Assembly: GCA_000091165.1 (NCBI GenBank)
Contig: FP565575.1
Location: 2,160,001 to 2,192,000 of the forward strand
DNA length: 32,000 nucleotides
Source of the DNA: Candidatus Methylomirabilis oxygeniifera
GTDB lineage: Bacteria; Methylomirabilota; Methylomirabilia; Methylomirabilales; Methylomirabilaceae
Direction: 5' to 3'
Shown piece by piece: positions 8,208 to 16,611 of this stretch. How positions within the stretch are numbered: the first letter of the stretch is position 1; every line of letters starts with the position of its first letter. The notes under the pieces are model-generated. The model was given only the letters and a program-made list of their open reading frames with translations. It made no database searches and was not told the origin of the DNA. A program made the position numbers and the translations under genes.

Positions 8208-8447
8208 ATGCCGACCCCTGAGGAGCTCAAGGAAGAGGACAGGAAGATACGGCAACTTCGGCTCGTGGTCAGCCTCACGATGAGCACAATCAGCCAGACG
8301 ACACTATCGCTCGATGAGGCCTCCAGGATGGTCATCGCCACGAGGGAATTGGCACTACGCCTCTTTCCCGGGAAGGAGCTGGCCTTCGATCTGATCTATC
8401 AGCCCCGCTTCCGGAGACTCCTGGCCGAACGGTACCACCTCCATTAA
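8208..8447 (+). CDS. Small protein of unknown function (79 aa)
   Basis: ATG with AAGGAGAGG ribosome-binding site; MPTPEELKEEDRKIRQLRLVVSLTMSTISQTTLSLDEASRMVIATRELALRLFPGKELAFDLIYQPRFRRLLAERYHLH. Confidence 0.65.
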   Translation: MPTPEELKEEDRKIRQLRLVVSLTMSTISQTTLSLDEASRMVIATRELALRLFPGKELAFDLIYQPRFRRLLAERYHLH

Positions 8448-8475
8448 GCCTGTCTTTCACACCATCGCCACCTCA

Positions 8476-9366
8476 ATGAGAACACAGCAGTCACAACACT
8501 CCAAGCTCAAAGACTTGCTCCTCGGCGCCCATATGTCGATTGCAGGAGGGGTCGATCTGGCGCCGCTGAGGGGCCAACAGGTCGGCTGTCACACAATCCA
8601 GCTTTTCACCAAAAGCAGCAACCAGTGGCGGGCCAGATCGTTGCCCGCCGACGAGATCGACCGATTCCATGCCAATCTTCGGGCTGCCGCCATCGCTCAG
8701 ACCGTAGCCCACGGCGCGTACCTGATCAATCTGGCATCCACGGACCCCGCATTACATCAGAAGTCGATGGCGGCCTGCCTGGAGGAGCTCGAACGGGCAG
8801 AGGCGCTGGGTATCCCCTCCCTCGTAATCCATCCAGGTGCCCACATGGGGGCCGGCGAGGCGGCGGGATTACAACAGGTGGCGAACAACATTCGGGAACT
8901 GCTGAAGCGGACGAAGGGCTATCGGGTACAGGTGGTTCTTGAGACCACGGCCGGTCAGGGAACCACGTTAGGACATCGCTTCGAGCAGATCGCCCTTCTT
9001 TTGAATCAGATCGATCTTTCAGAGCGAACCGGCGTCTGCCTGGATACGTGTCACCTGTTTGCGGCCGGTTACGATATCCGGACACCGGATGGGTATGCGA
9101 ACGTTCTGAAGCTGTTCGATCAGACCGTGGGTATCTCCTCCCTCAAGGTCATTCACCTCAACGACTGTAAGAAGGAGTTGGGCTGTCGCGTGGACCGCCA
9201 CGAGCACATCGGCAAGGGGGCGATCGGGCTTGACGCATTCCGCTGCCTGGTCACCGATCCTCGCCTGCGGGGTATCCCGATGATCATCGAAACCCCGAAG
9301 GACGGCAATTTTATCACAGCTGATTGCCGAAATCTGAAGATCCTTCAAGACCTGGCGAAGAAGTAG
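8476..9366 (+). CDS. nfo: Deoxyribonuclease IV (AP endonuclease)
   Basis: GAHMSIAGGVDLAP, VIHPGAHMGAG, VLETTAGQGTTLGHRFEQ, GVCLDTCHLFAAGYD, HLNDCKKELGCRVDRHEHIGKG. Confidence 0.97.
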   Translation: MRTQQSQHSKLKDLLLGAHMSIAGGVDLAPLRGQQVGCHTIQLFTKSSNQWRARSLPADEIDRFHANLRAAAIAQTVAHGAYLINLASTDPALHQKSMAACLEELERAEALGIPSLVIHPGAHMGAGEAAGLQQVANNIRELLKRTKGYRVQVVLETTAGQGTTLGHRFEQIALLLNQIDLSERTGVCLDTCHLFAAGYDIRTPDGYANVLKLFDQTVGISSLKVIHLNDCKKELGCRVDRHEHIGKGAIGLDAFRCLVTDPRLRGIPMIIETPKDGNFITADCRNLKILQDLAKK

Positions 9367-9459
9367 TCGGTCCCGCACCGGCCTGCCGCGTCAGTTCACT
9401 GCTCACGCTACCGTCATCGGGACGATTTTTGATTGCATTGATTCTGAAAAGGAGTTAAC

Positions 9460-9585
9460 GTGAGAGCGCGAGAAAAGGCGAGAAGAACTCCGCACCTGTG
9501 GGTCTGCCTCAGGCCGGCGGAGCAGAAGATGCAAGGAGGTCGCCCGGGGCTATTTCGCCATGATCCAGATGTTCCATGTGTATAA
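9460..9585 (+). CDS. Possible small leader ORF overlapping the ftsE start
   Basis: GTG preceded by AAGGAGTTAAC; 41 aa MRAREKARRTPHLWVCLRPAEQKMQGGRPGLFRHDPDVPCV, terminating 26 nt inside ftsE. Confidence 0.2.
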   Translation: MRAREKARRTPHLWVCLRPAEQKMQGGRPGLFRHDPDVPCV

Positions 9586-10222
9586 AACGTTTGGAAAAGA
9601 TCTGGAGGCCTTGGTTGATGTCGATCTTCATATTCACAAAGGGGAGATGGTCTTCCTGGCCGGCCCCAATGGCGCCGGAAAAAGTACACTACTCCGCTTA
9701 ATCTTCTGTGACGAGGTCCCTACCTCCGGTCAGATCCTGGTCAACGGCCGCAACATCGTCCGCATGAAACCGAGAATGGTCCCACAACTGAGACGGACTC
9801 TGGGGATCGTCTTTCAGGATTTCAAGCTCCTTCGCGACCGGACTATCGAGGAGAACTTAGCTTTGGTTGCGAGAGTAGTCGGCCTGACGATGCCACAAAC
9901 CCGGTACAAGGTCGCGCAACTGCTGACGCTGGTCGGGCTGTCTCACAAGGCGCAGATGGCGCCGTATAAGCTGTCAAGCGGCGAGCAGCAGCGGGTGGCC
10001 ATGGCAAGAGCGTTGATGAACGATCCTCTCATTCTCCTGGCCGACGAACCGACCGGGAATCTGGATGCTGAGCTGGCCACAGACGTCCTGCGACTCCTCT
10101 TTGAGGTAAACGCACAGGGAACGACCGTCCTAGTGGCTACTCACAACCTTAAGCTGGCAGAGGAGGCGGGCTGCCGCACAGTGTTTCTCAAGCAAGGAAA
10201 GATCGTCGGAGAATGGCGGTAA
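9560..10222 (+). CDS. ftsE: Cell division ATP-binding protein FtsE
   Basis: MIQMFHVYKTFGKDLEALVDVDLHIHKGEMVFLAGPNGAGKSTLLRLIF, LSSGEQQRVAMARALMNDPLILLADEPTGNLD. Confidence 0.96.
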   Translation: MIQMFHVYKTFGKDLEALVDVDLHIHKGEMVFLAGPNGAGKSTLLRLIFCDEVPTSGQILVNGRNIVRMKPRMVPQLRRTLGIVFQDFKLLRDRTIEENLALVARVVGLTMPQTRYKVAQLLTLVGLSHKAQMAPYKLSSGEQQRVAMARALMNDPLILLADEPTGNLDAELATDVLRLLFEVNAQGTTVLVATHNLKLAEEAGCRTVFLKQGKIVGEWR

Positions 10223-10238
10223 ATAGGGTGATGTGTGA

Positions 10239-11135
10239 ATGGTTGAGAAACTGAAATATCTGTTGACTCATGCTCTGATCAACTTGGTTCGCGCCGGGTG
10301 GGGCGGCTTGGCATCGATCGCCAGCATCGCGGTGTCGTTTGTCATTATCGGCATTTTTATCCTGGTGATTCAACACTTCAACGCGCTTATTGCTGAGTGG
10401 CAGGAACAGTTCCAGGTGTCTGTCTTTCTGGACGACCAGATTACCCCTTTGCAGTTGGACATGCTGAAGCGACGGATCGAGAACGAGGCGGCCGTCAAGG
10501 CCTTTACGCATACAAGCAAGGAAGAGGCGCTCACTAACTTTCGTCGGGAACTCAAAGGACAGGAGAGTCTCCTCGAAGGGCTCGGGGATAATCCGCTTCC
10601 CGCGTCGTTTCAACTCAAGATTCGCGAAGAGTATCAGAGCTCGGAGGCCCTCAAGGGGCTCAGCGCATTCCTGAGCCGCCTCGAGGGGGTAGAGGACATC
10701 CAATACGGGCAGGAATGGGTCGAACGTATGACTCGGGCCGGACAACTCATCAGGCTGTTGGGCGCCATTATCGGTTCGGTGCTCACGCTCGGGTCGGCAA
10801 TGATTGTCTCCAATACCATTCGACTCGCAGTCTATGCGCGCGCACAGGAGGTTGAGATTATGCGCCTTGTTGGCGCTACCAAAGCGTATATCCGCGCCCC
10901 CTTCCTGGTAGAAGGGATGCTCCAGGGCGGCCTTGGCGCCGCGCTCGCACTGGGCGTCCTATTCGCGGCCTACCGCTTCGTCGCGCCGACCTTCAATGTG
11001 GTCGCCCCACTCTTCTCGATAGGAGCAGGCCAAGGATTCCTGGAATCGTCGATGATGGCAGGTTTGGTCGGTGGCGGCGCAGCAATCGGCGCTCTTGGCA
11101 GTTCGCTCGCTGTCAACCGTTTCCTGAAGATGTAG
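10239..11135 (+). CDS. ftsX: Cell division protein FtsX, permease-like
   Basis: 298 aa directly downstream of ftsE; MVEKLKYLLTHALINLVRAGWG, EIMRLVGATKAYIRAPFLVEGMLQG. Confidence 0.95.
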   Translation: MVEKLKYLLTHALINLVRAGWGGLASIASIAVSFVIIGIFILVIQHFNALIAEWQEQFQVSVFLDDQITPLQLDMLKRRIENEAAVKAFTHTSKEEALTNFRRELKGQESLLEGLGDNPLPASFQLKIREEYQSSEALKGLSAFLSRLEGVEDIQYGQEWVERMTRAGQLIRLLGAIIGSVLTLGSAMIVSNTIRLAVYARAQEVEIMRLVGATKAYIRAPFLVEGMLQGGLGAALALGVLFAAYRFVAPTFNVVAPLFSIGAGQGFLESSMMAGLVGGGAAIGALGSSLAVNRFLKM

Positions 11136-11156
11136 TCGGCAGTCACTGGAAGGAGG

Positions 11157-12395
11157 ATGATGTCCCGTTCTTCTCTTCGCCTCAGGACGGTGGTGGCCCT
11201 CATAGCGTTCCTCCTGCTCGGCTCGTCATCCGGCGTGGCAGCCGAAACAAAGACAGGGGCCTCATCGCGCCTCCGCGAAAAGCGTCAAGAGCTCAGCCAA
11301 GTAAAAAGAGATCTGAACCGGGAACGCAAGCAGGCGCAACAGGTGGCGCAGAAGGAGCGAACGCTTTTTGACGAGCTGGACCGGATCGATCATGAGCTGC
11401 AGCAAAAGGGACGGGAACTGAAGGAATTGCAGACCAGGCTGAAGGTAAGTGCTGAACGGCTGCTGACCACTCAGCACGATATCACACTCACCCGGACTCG
11501 CCTTAACCAGATACAGGACCTGTTCCGGAGGCGCATGCGCGCCATTTACAAACAGGGACGACACGGCTATGTCCAGGCCCTCCTATCCTCGGAGGATCTA
11601 TCGGGCGCCGAGCGCCGCATACGGTACCTCGGGGCAATTGCTAATCAGGACCAGCGGATGGTGGCGGCCTACACGACCACTCTCGACACGCTGGGGGCTC
11701 AACAGGCCACGTTGGAACAGTCAAGGGCTGAACTGACCACGAGCCAGAAAGCCATCACAGCAAAGCGCGAAGAGATTCTGGAGGAGCAGAATACCAGACG
11801 CGTGTTGTTGGCCAAGGTTCAGGAGCACAAGAAGGGCCACTTGACAGCCATCCGGGATCTGGAGCTGGCGGCCCGCGAGCTCCAGGGTCTTATCAGTCGC
11901 CTGCAGCAACAGAGGCGACTCCAGATCGCAAGAGGGTCTCGCCCCGCACCGTCGCGGGCTCATGGCCAGACCGACGAATCGGATGGATCGTTTTCATCGC
12001 TCAAGGGCCGCTTGCCGTGGCCCACGGCCGGCGTCATGACGTCTACGTTCGGTCGGCAGGAGCACGTACGGTATAGGACGGTCACATTTAACCACGGCAT
12101 CGAGATTCATGCCCCAGAGGGACAAAAGATCGCGTCAGTCTCCGACGGCGTTGTACTGTACGCTGATTGGTTCAAAGGGTATGGCCGCTTGATCGTCCTT
12201 GACCACGGGGACGGGTACTACACCGTCTATGCGCATGCCGCCGAGATCCTTGTCAGACTGGGCGATCACGTGACGAAGGGACAGACCATCGGGTTGGTGG
12301 GCGCCACGGGGTCTGTGACCGGATCCCAGCTCTATTTCGAAGTACGGTATCAGGGCGGGGCTCAGGATCCCGCAGCCTGGCTTGTCTCTAACTGA
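11157..12395 (+). CDS. EnvC-like murein hydrolase activator (coiled coil + M23 peptidase domain)
   Basis: Signal peptide, long coiled coil, C-terminal GIEIHAPEGQKIASVSDGVVLYADWFKGYGRLIVLDHGDGYYTVYAHAAEILV; follows ftsEX. Confidence 0.93.
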   Translation: MMSRSSLRLRTVVALIAFLLLGSSSGVAAETKTGASSRLREKRQELSQVKRDLNRERKQAQQVAQKERTLFDELDRIDHELQQKGRELKELQTRLKVSAERLLTTQHDITLTRTRLNQIQDLFRRRMRAIYKQGRHGYVQALLSSEDLSGAERRIRYLGAIANQDQRMVAAYTTTLDTLGAQQATLEQSRAELTTSQKAITAKREEILEEQNTRRVLLAKVQEHKKGHLTAIRDLELAARELQGLISRLQQQRRLQIARGSRPAPSRAHGQTDESDGSFSSLKGRLPWPTAGVMTSTFGRQEHVRYRTVTFNHGIEIHAPEGQKIASVSDGVVLYADWFKGYGRLIVLDHGDGYYTVYAHAAEILVRLGDHVTKGQTIGLVGATGSVTGSQLYFEVRYQGGAQDPAAWLVSN

Positions 12396-12405
12396 TGTGA
12401 AACGA

Positions 12406-12469
12406 GAGGGTTGAGGGTTTAATCAAAGGGGACCCCCTAGACCCTAAACCCTAGGCCCTATACCCTTTC
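12406..12469. repeat. Heptad array, CCCTANN family, with inverted GAGGGTT units
   Basis: gagggtt x2 (12406-12419), then ccctaga-ccctaaa-ccctagg-ccctata-ccctttc (12435-12469). agggttt (12414-12420) is complementary to aaaccct (12446-12452). Confidence 0.8.
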
Positions 12470-12484
12470 TCTTAGGAGGAATCG

Positions 12485-13825
12485 ATGAGATTCGGAGATC
12501 TGTTTCGAAAGGGGCGGAAGGGTGTCGTCATCATATTGACGATGGCGTTGTTGGTCATCGGTGGCGGCGGCCACCATGAGGTCACGGCTGTCGAGGACAG
12601 CTACGAACGGCTGAAGGTCTTCGCCGAGGTCCTGTCGCTGATTCAGGCGAATTACGTCGAGGAGACGAAGCCTCGCGACCTGATCTACAGCGGCATTAAG
12701 GGAATGCTGGAGTCGCTGGATCCTCACAGCGCCTTCATGCCGCCCGATATCTTCAAAGAGATGCAGGTTGAGACTCAGGGCTCGTTCGGAGGGCTGGGAA
12801 TCGAGATCACGGTCAAGGACAGGATGCTGACGGTGGTGGCGCCGATTGAAGGGACCCCCGCCGATCGGGCCGGGATTCACCCTGGCGACCGGATCGTCAA
12901 GATCGACGGAAGTCCGACGAAAGACATGACCCTCATGGAGGCGGTAAAAAAGCTCCGAGGTCCAAAGGGGACAAACGTGGTTGTGACTATCCTCCGCGAG
13001 GAGTCCCCTGGGCCGTTCGAGCTGACGTTGGTTCGGGAGATCATCGAGGTCAAGAGCGTCAAAGTCAAAGAGTTGGGCGATGGGGTCGCCTACGTCCGGA
13101 TCAGCGCGTTCCAGGAACGAACCGGAAAGGACCTCCAGAAGGCGATCGAACAGTTGGGACAGAACGGGATGTCCGCGATGGTGCTGGATCTTCGCAACAA
13201 CCCGGGCGGCCTCTTAAACCAGGCTGTTCAGGTGTCCGAACTGTTCCTGGACCAAGGGCAACTCATCGTCTACACCGAGGGTCGGATCAAGAATCAAGAT
13301 CTCCGCTTCTCGGCGGAACACGGGGCTCAGATCCCCAAGGTTCCTATGGTGGTCTTGGTGAACGGAGGATCCGCCAGCGCCTCCGAGATCGTCGCGGGCG
13401 CGCTTCAGGACTGGAAGAGGGCCGTAGTCCTTGGAACCAAGACCTTCGGGAAGGGGTCGGTGCAGACAGTGGTTCCGCTAAGCGATGGTTCCGGCCTGCG
13501 TTTGACTACGGCAAAGTACTTCACGCCAAAAGGGCGATCAATCCACGGCACAGGACTTGTGCCTGATATCATTGTGGAGGCGCCACGGCCCACCATGGCG
13601 AAGGCACAGGTTGACCCCGCTGAAAAGGAGAGTGAGTCGGGGAAAGAGCGTCCTGAGAGACGACAGGAGAAGAAGATCTCCGAAGAGGAGGGAGACGTCA
13701 CGCTCCAGATCGGCAAGCGAGAGGGGCCTGATCCCAGCACCGACGTCCAGTTGAAGCGAGCAATGGAGATTCTCAAGGCCAGCCAGATCATCGAGAAGGG
13801 ATTCATGAAGGGGAACGCTGGATAA
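12485..13825 (+). CDS. ctpA: S41-family C-terminal processing peptidase
   Basis: 446 aa; PDZ domain GIHPGDRIVKIDG, VLDLRNNPGGLLNQA, VLVNGGSASASEIVAGALQD, GTKTFGKGSVQT. Confidence 0.95.
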   Translation: MRFGDLFRKGRKGVVIILTMALLVIGGGGHHEVTAVEDSYERLKVFAEVLSLIQANYVEETKPRDLIYSGIKGMLESLDPHSAFMPPDIFKEMQVETQGSFGGLGIEITVKDRMLTVVAPIEGTPADRAGIHPGDRIVKIDGSPTKDMTLMEAVKKLRGPKGTNVVVTILREESPGPFELTLVREIIEVKSVKVKELGDGVAYVRISAFQERTGKDLQKAIEQLGQNGMSAMVLDLRNNPGGLLNQAVQVSELFLDQGQLIVYTEGRIKNQDLRFSAEHGAQIPKVPMVVLVNGGSASASEIVAGALQDWKRAVVLGTKTFGKGSVQTVVPLSDGSGLRLTTAKYFTPKGRSIHGTGLVPDIIVEAPRPTMAKAQVDPAEKESESGKERPERRQEKKISEEEGDVTLQIGKREGPDPSTDVQLKRAMEILKASQIIEKGFMKGNAG

Positions 13826-13833
13826 GGCAGCAG

Positions 13834-13892
13834 TCAGCCATCAGCATTCAGCGGTCAGCTCCAAGCTGTTTGCTGAGAGCTGATAGCTGCTC
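13834..13892. repeat. Fold-back heptad array: 4x TCAGCNN then 4 inverted GCTGNNN units
   Basis: tcagcca-tcagcat-tcagcgg-tcagctc (13834-13861), then gctgttt-gctgaga-gctgata-gctgctc (13865-13892). Confidence 0.85.
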
Positions 13893-13898
13893 TTCACA

Positions 13899-14987
13899 AT
13901 GGCACATCTGACTCTGGGAATTGAAACCTCGTGCGATGAGACGGCGGCCGCTATCCTGGAGGATGGTCGACGCATCCGTTCTTCCGTCGTCGCCTCTCAG
14001 GATCTCCTCCACGCCCCTTACGGCGGGGTCGTCCCCGAATTGGCCTCACGTCGTCATACAGAGGTTATCTGGCCGGTGGTCCGGGAGGCGTTGACGAGGG
14101 CGGGGGTCGGCCTCGACAACCTTGATGGCATTGCGGCAACGTCAGGGCCAGGACTGATCGGCTCGCTGCTGGTTGGCCTCTGCTTCGGAAAGGCGCTCGC
14201 CTTTGCCTGTGGAATCCCCCTAGTCGGCGTAAACCACCTAGAGGGACATCTCTATGCCGCCCTGTTGGATCACGAAGGGCTTTCCTTCCCCTTCACCGGA
14301 CTCGTGGCATCGGGTGGTCATACCCACCTGTACCTGGCCACAGCCCCTGGCGAGTATCGCTTGCTGGGCCGAACCAGAGACGATGCCGCAGGAGAGGCAT
14401 TCGACAAGGTAGCAAAGTTTCTCGGTCTCGGTTATCCGGGCGGGCCGCTGATCGAGAAGTGGGCCCAGAAGGGCGATCCGAACGCTGTACGGTTTCCCAG
14501 GTCGATTCCTCCGCGAGGCTCATACGATTTCAGTTTCAGCGGCCTGAAGACCGCAGTGGTGAATTACGTGAAGAGTGCAACGTTCAAGGTTCAAGGTTCA
14601 GGGGAACCCCCCCTATCCCCTAGCCCCTCGACCCTAGACCCTCGTGTGGTGGCGGACATCTGCGCTGGATTCCAGGAGGCTGTGGTGAATGTGCTGGTTC
14701 GCGTGAGTCTGGCGGCGGCGAAGGCGTCCGCCTCTCGCCGTCTCGTGCTGGCCGGAGGGGTGGCCTGCAACGGCAGGCTCCGCTCGGAGTTTGTGGAGCG
14801 GGCACCAGGGGAAGGCGTACAGGTCTACTACCCCACGCCGTCTCTGTGTACCGATAACGCCGCCATGATTGCTGCCGCCGGTTACCCTCGTCTTCTGCGC
14901 GGCGAGCGAGCCTTACTCTCGCTGAACGCCGACGCCGATCTCGCTCTTGGCCTGTCTGCGTGCCCCACACAGGCAGACCTGACATAA
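13899..14987 (+). CDS. tsaD: tRNA N6-adenosine threonylcarbamoyltransferase
   Basis: TLGIETSCDETAAAIL, GLIGSLLVGLCFGKALAFACGIPLVGVNHLEGHLYA, YDFSFSGLKTAVVNYV, LVLAGGVACNG. Confidence 0.97.
   Translation: MAHLTLGIETSCDETAAAILEDGRRIRSSVVASQDLLHAPYGGVVPELASRRHTEVIWPVVREALTRAGVGLDNLDGIAATSGPGLIGSLLVGLCFGKALAFACGIPLVGVNHLEGHLYAALLDHEGLSFPFTGLVASGGHTHLYLATAPGEYRLLGRTRDDAAGEAFDKVAKFLGLGYPGGPLIEKWAQKGDPNAVRFPRSIPPRGSYDFSFSGLKTAVVNYVKSATFKVQGSGEPPLSPSPSTLDPRVVADICAGFQEAVVNVLVRVSLAAAKASASRRLVLAGGVACNGRLRSEFVERAPGEGVQVYYPTPSLCTDNAAMIAAAGYPRLLRGERALLSLNADADLALGLSACPTQADLT
14583..14644. repeat. Heptad-repeat insertion inside the tsaD coding sequence
   Basis: ttcaagg-ttcaagg-ttcaggg (14583-14603), then cccctat-cccctag-cccctcg-accctag-accctcg (14610-14644). 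Confidence 0.8.
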
Positions 14988-14997
14988 AGGAACGCGA

Positions 14998-15507
14998 ATG
15001 GCGAAACTGTCGATTCTACTCTACCCATCTCCCGTCATCCGTAAGAAGTCTGTGTCGGTGACGTCGATTAACGGCGAGCTTCAGCGCTTCATCGACGACA
15101 TGGTGGAAACGATGTATGCGGCTCCGGGCATGGGGCTTGCCGCTCCCCAAGTGGGAGCACTCAAGCGGGTCATCGTCCTGGACCCATCCGACGATCGTAC
15201 GTCGCATCGGCCTATGGCCCTTATCAATCCCGTGCTGGTCGCCGGTGAAGGACAGATCGTAGATGAAGAGGGATGTCTCTGTATCCCGGACCTGAATGAG
15301 CCGGTCTCGCGATTCAAGCAGGTGGTCGTAAAAGCCTACGATCGGAACGAGAAGGAGATCATTCTGGAGGGGGCCGACCTGCTGGCGCGTATCCTGCAGC
15401 ACGAGATCGACCACTTGGATGGTATCCTATTTATCGACCGCCTGAGTACGGCAAAGCGCCTCCTGCTCAAGCGGCGGCTCAAGAAGGCAGCCAAACAGGG
15501 GGACTAG
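14998..15507 (+). CDS. def: Peptide deformylase
   Basis: GMGLAAPQVGALKRVIVLD, EGCLCIPD, QHEIDHLDGILFIDR. Confidence 0.97.
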   Translation: MAKLSILLYPSPVIRKKSVSVTSINGELQRFIDDMVETMYAAPGMGLAAPQVGALKRVIVLDPSDDRTSHRPMALINPVLVAGEGQIVDEEGCLCIPDLNEPVSRFKQVVVKAYDRNEKEIILEGADLLARILQHEIDHLDGILFIDRLSTAKRLLLKRRLKKAAKQGD

Positions 15508-15510
15508 CTT

Positions 15511-15562
15511 TCGGCGATCAGCAGTCAGCTTGAAGCTGAAGGCTGAACGCTGATGGCTCTGA
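15511..15562. repeat. Fold-back heptad array (TCAGCNN / GCTGANN)
   Basis: tcggcga-tcagcag-tcagctt (15511-15531), then gctgaag-gctgaac-gctgatg-gctctga (15535-15562). Confidence 0.8.
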
Positions 15563-15565
15563 CTG

Positions 15566-16519
15566 CTATAACTTCATTTCAACGTTGGCTTTGGTCCTGA
15601 GACTCTCAATCCACTCCTTGAATTTCGTCTCGGTCTTTTGCTCAAACAGCAGAGCGCGGAGGCGCTCCTTCACCTGATCGAATGACAGGGTCTGACCGGG
15701 AACCCGCTCCTCGACGACAATAAGGTGGAAGCCGGCCGGAGTCGTGATGATGCCGCTGGGCTGTCCGATCGGGAGGGCGAGAGCAGCCTGCTCCAACTCC
15801 GGTGCGAGTTCTCCGTGCTTCATCGTCCAGACCTCGCCGCTGGACGACGCGAGCGGCCCTTCCGCATATTGCTTGGCGACCGTCGCGAACTGTGTTCCCT
15901 TCTTAAGAAGCGTCTGCGCTTCCTCGATCCGCTTCTTGGCTCGCGACAGCTCGCCGGGCGTCGCCTGAGGGGGCGTAGCCACGAGGAGATGGCGAATCTT
16001 GAATTGCGGGATCTCCCTGAATTGGTCCTGCCGTTGCTCGTAATATTGCTGGACCTCCTCATCGAGAACGACGACCTTGGCTCGTACCCGCCTCGCCACC
16101 AGCTTCGTCAGCATCACCTGGTCGGCAATCCCCTTCCGAAACTGCTCCTCGCTGAGTTGTTCTCTGGACAGCGCAGCCCTGAGTTCCTCGTCGCTGGCTA
16201 ACCCATTACGCTTCTTTAATTCCTCGATGGCGGACTGTATCTCCGCAGGGGCCGTCTCGATCTTCTCCTTTGTCGCCTCCTGAAGCTGTAACCTCCTGAG
16301 AATCAGCTCGTCCAGAATCTGGCGTTCCGTACTGCGAAGCAGCCGCTCTCGCTCCGCTCCCAGCGTTTCCCGTACGATCCTTCGGATAGCCTGAATCCCC
16401 TCCTCTTGCACGTCGGTCAGGGTAATCACATCATCGTTGACAACGGCAACGATGCGATCGAGGATCACCGCATCGGCGCCTGAAGCGGCGAAAACACTGA
16501 GCAGAAGGATAACAGTCAT
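15566..16519 (-). CDS. SurA/PrsA-like peptidyl-prolyl isomerase (SurA N-domain + parvulin)
   Basis: Start MTVILLLSVFAASGADAVILDRIVAVVNDDVITLTDVQEE (signal peptide); parvulin domain IRHLLVATPPQATPGELSRAKKRIEEAQTLLKKGTQFATVAKQYAEGP. Confidence 0.9.
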   Translation of the reverse strand: MTVILLLSVFAASGADAVILDRIVAVVNDDVITLTDVQEEGIQAIRRIVRETLGAERERLLRSTERQILDELILRRLQLQEATKEKIETAPAEIQSAIEELKKRNGLASDEELRAALSREQLSEEQFRKGIADQVMLTKLVARRVRAKVVVLDEEVQQYYEQRQDQFREIPQFKIRHLLVATPPQATPGELSRAKKRIEEAQTLLKKGTQFATVAKQYAEGPLASSSGEVWTMKHGELAPELEQAALALPIGQPSGIITTPAGFHLIVVEERVPGQTLSFDQVKERLRALLFEQKTETKFKEWIESLRTKANVEMKL

Positions 16520-16526
16520 AAGGGAA

Positions 16527-16554
16527 GCGTGGAGCGTGGAGCGTGGAGCGTGGA
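16527..16554. repeat. Tandem heptamer GCGTGGA x4
   Basis: gcgtgga repeated four times exactly. Confidence 0.9.
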
Positions 16555-16574
16555 AGGATAGACCGACCCTGCTC

Positions 16575-16602
16575 TGCCGCCTGCCGCCTGCCGCCTGCTG
16601 CC
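16575..16602. repeat. Tandem heptamer TGCCGCC x3 + TGCTGCC
   Basis: Exact manual count, 20 bp after the GCGTGGA array in the same intergenic gap. Confidence 0.9.
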
Positions 16603-16611
16603 TTGCTCGTT

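Noticed and set aside
7841-8341. 167 aa N-terminal extension of the cupin ORF
   Set aside because: Contains no domain and crosses the divergent 8208 gene and its promoter; the internal start at 7840 matches the cupin family.
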